From contig JANNVX010000086.1 in NCBI GenBank assembly GCA_031414595.1, positions 1-64,000 on the forward strand: a stretch of 64,000 bases of DNA, in the 5' to 3' direction. Shown here one piece after another: positions 47,509-55,499 of the stretch. The position numbers were made by a program, and so were the translations under genes. Source of the DNA: Deinococcales bacterium (lineage in GTDB: Bacteria; Deinococcota; Deinococci; Deinococcales; JAAFIG01). The notes beneath the pieces are model-generated. The model worked only from the letters and a program-made list of their open reading frames with translations, was not told the origin of the DNA and made no database searches. The stretch's first letter is position 1; every line of letters starts with the position of its first letter.

Positions 47509-48102
47509 TTATTGCAACACAACCACGCCAAGCGGCGTTTTTAAGCTGGCTTTTAAGCGCGGTAATGCCGATAACTGCACAGGTAACTCGAGACCAAGGG
47601 TTTGCAATTTTGTTGTAACCAATTCTGGTTGTGGGTGATACCCTGTCAGCGCCAGCAGTTCTAAACCACAATTCTCGAGGCTGCGGCTTGGGTTTGGGCT
47701 GTGCCACTGAATTAAAGTTGGGACAAGACCGCCTTGTGGTAAATGTCCATCATCTGGAATCGTAATCTGCCACGAATATGCGCCTCGAGTAATGGCTGTG
47801 ATTGTGCCATCAAGATTTTCTATGTTCTCAAGATTCTCGCAACGTGCCACCCAATGAATTAAACGTGGTTCTAAAATCGGTTTGTCGAGTTCAAACCATC
47901 TGGCTCGAGACGGTACTTGGGCATCTGGGTCAATCGCAATGATTTCGAGGTAGGTATCTGCGCCAAGTTTTGCCAGTAGATTATGTGTTCCCATCAGCGT
48001 GTGCTTACCGCCAGCTTGGGCTTTTACGCCAGTCTGTTCTTCAAACCAAGCTGCCCCGATTTCTAAACTTGGCGCAGCAATCACCAGATGGTCTAAGGTC
48101 AT
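47509..48102 (-). CDS. VOC/glyoxalase-like protein
   Basis: LDHLVIAA, GGKH..MGTHN.L, YLEIIA.DP, P.LIQW. Confidence 0.9.
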   Translation of the reverse strand: MTLDHLVIAAPSLEIGAAWFEEQTGVKAQAGGKHTLMGTHNLLAKLGADTYLEIIAIDPDAQVPSRARWFELDKPILEPRLIHWVARCENLENIENLDGTITAITRGAYSWQITIPDDGHLPQGGLVPTLIQWHSPNPSRSLENCGLELLALTGYHPQPELVTTKLQTLGLELPVQLSALPRLKASLKTPLGVVVLQ

Positions 48103-49433
48103 CCAATCCCCTCGAGCCAAGCCGTAAAATCACGTTGCCCTCGAGCGTACAACACTGGGCGTTTTTCTTGTTTGGTCAGTTTTTTCTTATTTTGTAATTC
48201 GGCCGGTTTCTCGTTCTGCTCGAGGTCTGGGACCAATGCCCAATTGGTGTTCATCGGCTGGAAATTCTTGCTCTCGGCAGTCGCAAGAAAACGTACCAAG
48301 CCACCAAGCATACTGGTAACGGGCGGTACGACTGGCTCGAGACCAAGCGCGAGTCTAGCGGCGTTCAGACCTGCCAGCCAACCCGTGGCAGCGCTCTCTA
48401 AGTAGCCTTCTGTGCCAGCCAGCACCCCAGCCGTGAACAAATTTGGGTGTGCCTTAAATTGCAGCGTCGGCTCGAGCAGTTTTGGAGCGCAAAGGTAGGT
48501 ATTGCGGTGCATCACCCCGTAGCGTGCAATTTCGGCATTCTCGAGACCGGGAATCAGGCGCACCACCCCCCTCTGGTCGCCCCATTTAAGCCCAGTCTGA
48601 AAACCGACGATGCTCCAGAGTTGCCCGAGCTTATCCTCTTGGCGAAGTTGTGCCACGGCATACGGTTCGCGCCCAGTGCGTGGGTCTGGTAGCCCTTTGG
48701 GTTTGAGTGGACCAAAACGCGGCGTGTCAATGCCGCGCCTTGCAATTTCTTCGATGGGCATACAACCTTCAAAAAACTCGAGTTTTTCCCAGTCGTGTGG
48801 GGTGTGACTGCGTGCCTCCTCGAGTGCCACAAAGAATTTCAGGTATTCTTCTTTGTTAAACGGGCAGTTCAAGTAATCGGCTTCTTGTCCGTAACGCCCA
48901 GCGCGGTAGACCACATCCATATTGATGCCTTCAAACTCGAGGACTGGCGCAGCCGCATCATAAAAACTCAGGCGTTCCCCACTTGCAAAACGTTGCACAA
49001 TATCTTCAGCGAGTGCGTCCGAAGTCAGCGGACCCGAAGCCAGCACCACAATCCCGTCTGGCACTCGAGTCAATTCTTTACGGTGCAGCGTAATGTTTTT
49101 GTTAGTCTCGAGCAGTGCCGTGATATAGGCACTAAAACCGTCACGCTCGACCGCCAAGGCATTGCCTGCCGGAATTCGGTTGGCATCGGCGGCTTGCATA
49201 ATCGGGGCTTTGGCAATTCGCATTTCGGCTTGCAGTAGTCCCTTGGCGTTGTTGTCACCTTCGCCACCAAAGCTGTTGCTACAGACCAATTCCGACGCGC
49301 CGTGCGAGCGATGAGCTGGGGTCATGCGGCTTGGGCGCATTTCAAAAAGTTGGACGTGTACACCTAAGCTGGCGGCGGCAAGGGCGGCTTGTGAACCTGC
49401 CAAACCCGCCCCAATGATTGTTATTTCTTTCAT
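48099..49433 (-). CDS. trmFO: tRNA (uracil-5)-methyltransferase, FAD/folate dependent
   Basis: IGAGLAGS, ELVCSNS, FYDAAAP, FFEGCMPIE, RYGVMHRN, GTEGY.ES, FQPMN. Confidence 0.96.
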   Translation of the reverse strand: MKEITIIGAGLAGSQAALAAASLGVHVQLFEMRPSRMTPAHRSHGASELVCSNSFGGEGDNNAKGLLQAEMRIAKAPIMQAADANRIPAGNALAVERDGFSAYITALLETNKNITLHRKELTRVPDGIVVLASGPLTSDALAEDIVQRFASGERLSFYDAAAPVLEFEGINMDVVYRAGRYGQEADYLNCPFNKEEYLKFFVALEEARSHTPHDWEKLEFFEGCMPIEEIARRGIDTPRFGPLKPKGLPDPRTGREPYAVAQLRQEDKLGQLWSIVGFQTGLKWGDQRGVVRLIPGLENAEIARYGVMHRNTYLCAPKLLEPTLQFKAHPNLFTAGVLAGTEGYLESAATGWLAGLNAARLALGLEPVVPPVTSMLGGLVRFLATAESKNFQPMNTNWALVPDLEQNEKPAELQNKKKLTKQEKRPVLYARGQRDFTAWLEGIG

Positions 49434-49555
49434 AGGCTAGTTTAACTCGAGCAACACGGGCATTTAACTTTGCTTTAATCTTTCTTTACTTTTCTTGCAA
49501 AATTCGTGGTGTACCAGTATTTTTATAGGGGTGTTCGCAGCCCCATGCGATTTGA

Positions 49556-49657
49556 GTTCGTCTCACGCTTGTGTGACGCTCGGTGAGTATGCTGATGCGA
49601 CGCTCAAGCGACGCTCCAAAGAATAAGGTGTGGCTCGAGCAGTAGCAAGGAGAAATT
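49556..49657 (+). promoter_or_regulatory. Promoter block with 11-bp-period ACGCT repeats (copy 1)
   Basis: TCACGCT 49563, TGACGCT 49574, CGACGCT 49598 and 49609; TAAGGT -10 at 49624; AAGGAG RBS. Confidence 0.7.
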
Positions 49658-50377
49658 ATGAAAAACGTGTTGAAATTTGGTTTAGTTGGAATCGCCGCCC
49701 TCGCCCTCAGCAGCACCCTGACCAACAGCACTGCCCAAGGTCGTTTGGTGTTTGACGGCACATATGCTGTCAGTGGTAAAAACCCAGATGGTAGCGCCTA
49801 CGCTGGAACAATGACGATTAGCCCTTATGGTGATGGCTACCGTATGCTCCAAGTTTATGGCAGCACCACCTACCGTGGCATTGGCAATGACGTTGGTGAT
49901 TACTTGGCTGGTGCTTATTTGTCTGAGGGTGAACCAACTGTTACTTTGTACCGTGTTTCCGCCGCCAATACCTTGTCTGGTTACTGGCAAGATTATAGCA
50001 GCACCAAAGAAGGTACAGAAGAAGCCACCCTTGCCAGCCGTGCATTTTCGTTTGTGCCTAGCGTCCCAGTTGCCAACACATGGGATTACAGTGGCTCTTA
50101 CGCAATTAAAGGCACAAATCCAGATGGTAGTGCTTATACTGGCAGCATGATTCTGACCACCTACGGTGATGGCTACCGTGCATCGTTTGCCAGTGGCGGA
50201 GTTGCTTTGCGTGGAATCGCCAATTACATTGGTAACAACTTAGCCATCGCTTGGTTGACTGGCAACATCCCAAGTGTCAGCATTTTTACTGGTAATCCAC
50301 GTACTGGCAACCTGACTGGTTACTGGCAGGATTACAACAGCCTTAAAGAAGGCACAGAAACCGCCACTTGGCGCTAA
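49658..50377 (+). CDS. Secreted double beta-domain protein, paralog 1
   Basis: Signal peptide; two copies of G.Y...G.NPDGS.Y.G.M...YGDGYR...GYWQDY....EGTE. Confidence 0.85.
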   Translation: MKNVLKFGLVGIAALALSSTLTNSTAQGRLVFDGTYAVSGKNPDGSAYAGTMTISPYGDGYRMLQVYGSTTYRGIGNDVGDYLAGAYLSEGEPTVTLYRVSAANTLSGYWQDYSSTKEGTEEATLASRAFSFVPSVPVANTWDYSGSYAIKGTNPDGSAYTGSMILTTYGDGYRASFASGGVALRGIANYIGNNLAIAWLTGNIPSVSIFTGNPRTGNLTGYWQDYNSLKEGTETATWR

Positions 50378-50426
50378 AGTCCCCAAATCCTCTTGGGTTT
50401 TCAATGCACTAACATCATGGAGTTCT

Positions 50427-51149
50427 ATGAAAAATATTTTCAAATTTGGTCTAGCAGGAATTGCTGCTGTCGTTCTTAGCAGCACCCTCACCAACAGTGC
50501 TGCCCAAGAACGATTGCAGTTTGCTGGGACGTACAACATCAAAGGTAAAGGCACGGATGGCACAGCCTATACTGGTACAATGACGATTGCTCCGTATGGC
50601 GATGGCTATCGTCTGGCACAAAGATTTGGCGACGAAACTTACCGTGGTATTGCTACAGATATAGGCGATAACTTGGGTGTGGCACTGCTCAGTGGCGGTA
50701 AGCCCCAAGTGACGATTTACCGTGTCACAAGTGGCAACACCATGACTGGCTTTTGGCAAGATTACGACAATCCCAAAGAAGGCACAGAAGAAGCCACTGT
50801 ATCAGGAGCTACTGCTTTCTCGGGTGCTTCAAAAGTGCTTGCCGCCGCAACTTGGAACTACAGTGGTACATATGGCATCAATGGTAAAAATCCAGATGGC
50901 AGTGCCTACACTGGAACAATGGTTGTGTCCGACTACGGGGCTGGTTACCGTGTCAGGTTCACCTCTGGTGGCACAACGTGGCGTGGTATTGCCACCTACA
51001 TCGGAAGTTACTTATCAATCGCTTGGCAAGCTGGTGGCATACCCCAAGTTTCGGTTTTTGCGGGCAATCCAACCACTGGCGAACTCAAAGGTTATTACCA
51101 AGATTATGACAGCCTGAAAGAAGGCACAGAAACTGCAACCTTGAAATAA
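50427..51149 (+). CDS. Secreted double beta-domain protein, paralog 2
   Basis: Same signal peptide and duplicated domain as paralog 1. Confidence 0.85.
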   Translation: MKNIFKFGLAGIAAVVLSSTLTNSAAQERLQFAGTYNIKGKGTDGTAYTGTMTIAPYGDGYRLAQRFGDETYRGIATDIGDNLGVALLSGGKPQVTIYRVTSGNTMTGFWQDYDNPKEGTEEATVSGATAFSGASKVLAAATWNYSGTYGINGKNPDGSAYTGTMVVSDYGAGYRVRFTSGGTTWRGIATYIGSYLSIAWQAGGIPQVSVFAGNPTTGELKGYYQDYDSLKEGTETATLK

Positions 51150-51159
51150 CGATGTGGCT

Positions 51160-51195
51160 CGAGACCTCGAAAAAAGCGTACTTTTCGGGGTCTTT
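51160..51195 (+). terminator. Probable terminator after paralog 2
   Basis: AGACCTCGAAAA...TTTTCGGGGTCTTT hairpin with G-U pairs. Confidence 0.55.
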
Positions 51196-51230
51196 ACTTA
51201 TTCAAGTGGGCAATTTTTGAAGTTTCAATA

Positions 51231-51343
51231 GTTCGTCTCACGTTTGTGTGACGCTCGATGAGTATGCTGATGCGACGCTCATGCGACGCTCATGCGACGC
51301 TCCAAAGAATAAGGTGTGGCTCGAGCAGTACCAAGGAGAATTT
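51231..51343 (+). promoter_or_regulatory. Promoter block with 11-bp-period repeats (copy 2, one extra unit)
   Basis: Near-identical to 49556-49657 but ATGCGACGCTC occurs three times in tandem. Confidence 0.75.
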
Positions 51344-52063
51344 ATGAAAAATATTTTGAAATTTGGTTTAGTTGGAATCGCCGCCTTCGCATTCAGCAGT
51401 AGCCTGACCACCAGTACCGCCCAAAGCCGTTTGATGTTTGATGGTGAATACAGGGTAACGGGTCTAAACCCTGACGGTAGTGATTACGGCGGGGCAATGA
51501 CCATTGCTCGTTATGGTGATGGGTATCGCATTACCCAAGCCTTTGGTAGCGATACCTATCTTGGAATTGGCAATGATATGGGCGACTACTTAGCTGGGGC
51601 TTTTATTTATAATGGCAAACCAGTTGTTAGCTTGTATCGTGTTATCGATGCCAACACCTTGTCTGGTTTCTGGCAAGAATTTGACAGTACCAAAGAAGGT
51701 CAAGAAAAAGCAGTCCTTAACAATGCCACATTTTCGTTAATTCCAGCTGCCCCTGTTGCAACCACCTGGAATTACAGTGGTACTTATGGTATCAAAGGCA
51801 CTGCTCCCAGTGGTGCGGCATATACCGGAACGATGGCGCTGACAAACTATGGTGATGGCTACCGTGCTTCTTATGTCAGTGGTACGACAACTTGGCGAGG
51901 AATTGCCAGTTACATTGGTAAGTACCTAGCAATTTCTTGGCAAGCAGGAAATAATGTTCAGGTTTCGATTTTTGAAGGCAATCCACGTACTGGCGACCTC
52001 AAAGGCTACTGGCAAGATTACAATAGCCTAAAAGAAGGCGCAGAAACCGCAACACTAAAATAA
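51344..52063 (+). CDS. Secreted double beta-domain protein, paralog 3
   Basis: Start reassigned to MKNILKFG at 51344 behind AAGGAG; same duplicated domain. Confidence 0.85.
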   Translation: MKNILKFGLVGIAAFAFSSSLTTSTAQSRLMFDGEYRVTGLNPDGSDYGGAMTIARYGDGYRITQAFGSDTYLGIGNDMGDYLAGAFIYNGKPVVSLYRVIDANTLSGFWQEFDSTKEGQEKAVLNNATFSLIPAAPVATTWNYSGTYGIKGTAPSGAAYTGTMALTNYGDGYRASYVSGTTTWRGIASYIGKYLAISWQAGNNVQVSIFEGNPRTGDLKGYWQDYNSLKEGAETATLK

Positions 52064-52172
52064 GAAACCAGCCCTCGAGACTCCAGAAACATAATTTTTT
52101 GGAGTTTTTGCTCCCGCCAACGCAAAACAAATAAGCGCTGACTCGAGTACCACAAGTACCACTCGGAGGCTT

Positions 52173-52928
52173 ATGAAAAATATGTTCAAGTTCGCTTTGG
52201 CAGGTATCGCTGCCATTATTCTCAGCAGCAGCTTAACCACCAGCACTGCTCAAGGTCGTTTGGCATTTGAAGGAACGTATGCCGTAACAGGTAAAACCCC
52301 AGATGCGGCTGCCTACTCTGGTACAATGACCATCGTGCCTTACGGACAAGGCTACCGTATTACCCAAGTTTTTGGGATTTATACTTATTACGGAATTGGT
52401 ACAGCCGTGGGCAATAATCAAGTAGGGGACTTTTTTGTAGCCGCTTTTCTGCACGAAAACCAATCAAGTTTGAGTCTGTACGCGGTCACGGCTGCCAATA
52501 CTTTATCCAGTGTTTGGCAAGATTATGACAGCACCAGACGCGGCATAGAACAATCTGTTTTAGCGAACCGTAGTTTTTCAGTCATTCCAAGTCTGCCTGC
52601 CCAGAACAATTTGGATTACTCTGGAACGTATCGGGTTGCGGGTACGGACTCAGGTGGTGTGGCATATTCAAATTATGTTTACGTCTCGCGTTCAGGCAGT
52701 GGTTACATCGCACAGCGTTACTACCAGCGTTATTACGCGAACAACGACACTGCACTTTTTGGCGTTGGAGGCAAACTTGATGGGTTTCTTGTTTTTGCTT
52801 GGAATTACAACGGTGTACCAAGGATCTCGGTTTACGAAGGCAATCCTGATGTGAATGGTAAAATGGTTGGTTTTTGGCAATCGTATGATTCTCTAAAAAG
52901 AGGTTCAGAATCGGTCTACCCAGAATAA
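52173..52928 (+). CDS. Secreted double beta-domain protein, paralog 4 (most divergent)
   Basis: Same signal peptide; WQDYDS..RG.E and FWQSYDSLKRG.E domain ends. Confidence 0.85.
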   Translation: MKNMFKFALAGIAAIILSSSLTTSTAQGRLAFEGTYAVTGKTPDAAAYSGTMTIVPYGQGYRITQVFGIYTYYGIGTAVGNNQVGDFFVAAFLHENQSSLSLYAVTAANTLSSVWQDYDSTRRGIEQSVLANRSFSVIPSLPAQNNLDYSGTYRVAGTDSGGVAYSNYVYVSRSGSGYIAQRYYQRYYANNDTALFGVGGKLDGFLVFAWNYNGVPRISVYEGNPDVNGKMVGFWQSYDSLKRGSESVYPE

Positions 52929-52941
52929 AACTTAAACTCGA

Positions 52942-52975
52942 GAAAAGCCCAAACTTAAACCTGTGGGCTTTTTTC
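52942..52975. terminator. Probable bidirectional terminator
   Basis: GAAAAGCCCA...TGGGCTTTTTTC between convergent genes. Confidence 0.6.
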
Positions 52976-54010
52976 TTGGAATTCTGCCCATGCCATCTCG
53001 AGGGCAGCTTCTGGCACACGCTCTAGCTTAGGTTTAGCAATATCCTCCAGCAGCACAAAACGCATCCCTACCGAATCTGCTTTTTTATCTCGTGCCATAA
53101 ATTTGCGTACCTCTGCCCACTCGAGACTGGGTAAGGCTTGGGGGTTTTGGTACGCCAGAAAAGCGGCTGTCATTTTGGTTAAATCAGCGTAGCCCAAGGT
53201 TTTACCCAGAATAGCTGCATAGTGCATTCCGTATCCCACCGCTTCGCCATGATTAACACCGTGCTGCGTAATTGCCTCGAGTGCATGAGCTAAAGTATGC
53301 CCAAAGTTCAAAAAAGCCCGTTCATTTTGTTCAAATGGGTCACGCTCGACAATATCAATTTTGACTTGCACCCCAGAGGCTAGGGTTGTCTCGAGCTTCG
53401 GGTGTAAGGCGTTAAAACCAGTCTCGAGAACAAGGTTACACAATGCAGGGTTACGAATTAGCCCGTGCTTAAAAAGTTCGGCTGCACCTTCCCTAAAAAT
53501 TCTTTCGGGCAAGGACTCGAGGGTGCTGGTGTCCATAAAAACCGCTCGGGGTTGATGAAACGCACCCACCAAGTTCTTACCTTCGGGCAGGTTGACCCCA
53601 GTCTTACCGCCAACACTGGCATCCACCATTGCCAGAAGCGTAGTCGGACAAACATAAAAAGCAATGCCGCGTAAATAACTGGCTGCCACGTACCCTGCCA
53701 AGTCCGAAGTTGCTCCACCACCAAGGGCAAACACGGCGCTGTCGCGGGTCAAACCGATTTGGGCAAGTTGCGAGAGTAATTTTGTGTGAAGCTCTAAGGT
53801 CTTGGCACTTTCGCCGCTTGGTACGGGCAGCAAATGAACCTCAGACCCACCAGACTCGAGACTTTGGACAAGTGTATCCGCGTACAAAGGCACGATTTTT
53901 TCGTCCGCCAGCACAACCACTTTACGCTCTGGGATTTGCAGGGTTTCTAATAGCCTTCGAGCAATCCGAATCGGGTAACTTGGGGTCAAGTTAAGACTTA
54001 ATTTAATCAT
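52955..54010 (-). CDS. aroB: 3-dehydroquinate synthase
   Basis: GE.AK, GGGATSDLAG, PTTLLAMVDASVGGKTG, LNFGHT, HGEAV. Confidence 0.96.
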   Translation of the reverse strand: MIKLSLNLTPSYPIRIARRLLETLQIPERKVVVLADEKIVPLYADTLVQSLESGGSEVHLLPVPSGESAKTLELHTKLLSQLAQIGLTRDSAVFALGGGATSDLAGYVAASYLRGIAFYVCPTTLLAMVDASVGGKTGVNLPEGKNLVGAFHQPRAVFMDTSTLESLPERIFREGAAELFKHGLIRNPALCNLVLETGFNALHPKLETTLASGVQVKIDIVERDPFEQNERAFLNFGHTLAHALEAITQHGVNHGEAVGYGMHYAAILGKTLGYADLTKMTAAFLAYQNPQALPSLEWAEVRKFMARDKKADSVGMRFVLLEDIAKPKLERVPEAALEMAWAEFQEKSPQV

Positions 54011-54019
54011 GGCGCTATT

Positions 54020-54232
54020 TTACTTTTTTAAGTACCATTGTGCAGCCCTTAGCCCAACCAACAACCCCAAAAAAGCCCCAAGCACCATACTTTGGCTTCT
54101 CGAGAAGATAAAAACTCCAAGCATTGCCCCAAGCAAAACACCAAGTATCGGAAACAAAAACCAGATGTGCAAACGGTGCAAGCGTTCAAAGGCATCTTGT
54201 AAAATAATGGTGGTTATCTCGAGCCATTTCAT
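54020..54232 (-). CDS. Small membrane protein
   Basis: Two hydrophobic helices; TAGACT 6 nt before ATG; directly upstream of aroB. Confidence 0.65.
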   Translation of the reverse strand: MKWLEITTIILQDAFERLHRLHIWFLFPILGVLLGAMLGVFIFSRSQSMVLGAFLGLLVGLRAAQWYLKK

Positions 54233-54313
54233 GTTGTAAGTCTAGTCTAAAAACCTAAAATATGACATAATTTAGGGCATTGCGTACTTTGGTTGGTAAA
54301 GGGGATTAGCAGC

Positions 54314-55348
54314 ATGGCTTCGTTGGATTTTGACTTTGAGAAAAAAGTGTTCTTAGAATTTTATGATTCTCATTTAACAAAATTACTTGGATTTGTTGAA
54401 AAAATAGTAGATACACTTCAAGACTTAGTTAAAGAATTACCTGAATCTGATGGCTTTATGTTTTTGGGACGAGTCAAAGATAAAAATGAATGTATCGAAA
54501 AATTTCTCCGAAAATACAAAAATGATCTTGAAGCAAAGCGTGAAGAATATACAATCAAAGATTCTATTTCAGATTTGGTTGGTTTTAGAATTGTCTGCAT
54601 TTATGTAAATCAAATTGATTTAATCAAAAAAGCACTTATTGATGAATTTGAAATGCTCGAAGAAACCAATAAAATCGAACAAATTCAAGCAACTGAAAAT
54701 ACTTTTGGTTATCAGGCTTTGCATATGGATATGAAGTTGAGTCAAAATTATTTACAGATACGAGAATACAAGCAGTTTTCTGGGTTGCAATTTGAAATTC
54801 AAATCAGAACTATTATTCAAGATGCTTGGAGTGTTGTTGACCATAAGATCAAATACAAAAAAGAGATCCCCATTACGCTAAAACGAAAAATTAATGTCCT
54901 ATCTGCACTTTTTGAACTAGCAGACCGAGAATTTATGTCCATTAAAAACGAAAATACGTTTTTAATACAAGCCAATACGCAAATGATTTCTAATGCCATT
55001 GCTAACCAGAACCCGTCTAACTTAGGTTTAGATATTGTTTCTTTTACGGGTTTTCTGCGAAGTAAATTTCCTGATGCAACCTTTAAGGTTGAAGCGATAG
55101 AAAGATTTTTTAATGAATTGCAAGCCAAGAATGCTGACCTAAGTCTTGCTGACTTGGTTTTGTTATATGAGACAAATTATGACTTGGTGAAGCAATTTCA
55201 ATTAGAATACAAGTTAAATTTTAATGCTTTTACTTTTTTGCGGCATTCCCTTTATCTCGCAGACAAAAACACCTATGCCTTGCTTTTGAGAGAATATCAA
55301 GTAGTAAAACTAAACCACTGGTTAGAAAACGAAAAACCGCCACCTTAA
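54314..55348 (+). CDS. Small alarmone synthetase (RelA/SpoT synthetase domain) with C-terminal extension
   Basis: RVKD....IEK..RK, DLVGFRIV, GYQALH, EIQIRT..QDAW...DH...YK; AT-rich. Confidence 0.9.
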   Translation: MASLDFDFEKKVFLEFYDSHLTKLLGFVEKIVDTLQDLVKELPESDGFMFLGRVKDKNECIEKFLRKYKNDLEAKREEYTIKDSISDLVGFRIVCIYVNQIDLIKKALIDEFEMLEETNKIEQIQATENTFGYQALHMDMKLSQNYLQIREYKQFSGLQFEIQIRTIIQDAWSVVDHKIKYKKEIPITLKRKINVLSALFELADREFMSIKNENTFLIQANTQMISNAIANQNPSNLGLDIVSFTGFLRSKFPDATFKVEAIERFFNELQAKNADLSLADLVLLYETNYDLVKQFQLEYKLNFNAFTFLRHSLYLADKNTYALLLREYQVVKLNHWLENEKPPP

Positions 55349-55391
55349 TAAGTGGCGGGTGAACGACTTGTATAAATATCGTTCTCTCTAA
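55331..55391 (-). ncRNA. Predicted ~60-nt two-hairpin small RNA antisense to the synthetase 3' end
   Basis: Downstream of a near-consensus promoter; hairpin GAACGA/TCGTTC, then terminator CCGCCAC-N8-GTGGCGG-TTTTT; no ORF. Confidence 0.55.
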
Positions 55392-55396
55392 GCAAG

Positions 55397-55425
55397 ATGG
55401 TACACCACAATTTAATCAGTGTCAA
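55397..55425 (-). promoter_or_regulatory. Sigma70-type promoter TTGACA-N17-TACCAT
   Basis: -35 at 55425-55420, -10 at 55402-55397, 17-nt spacer; ACAAATCAAC direct repeats just upstream. Confidence 0.7.
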
Positions 55426-55499
55426 CAAATCAACATGTACACAAATCAACAAATCCCAGACCTCGAGCCTACCTCATGAGGAAAAGTTAGGATGAAACC

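Noticed and set aside
51248-51343. N-terminal extension of paralog 3 given by the ORF track
   Set aside because: It is the duplicated promoter block; the RBS and paralog alignment put the start at 51344.
55331-55499. SRP RNA (ffs), which often precedes dnaX
   Set aside because: I could not find the conserved SRP helix-8 internal loop with GNRA tetraloop on either strand.
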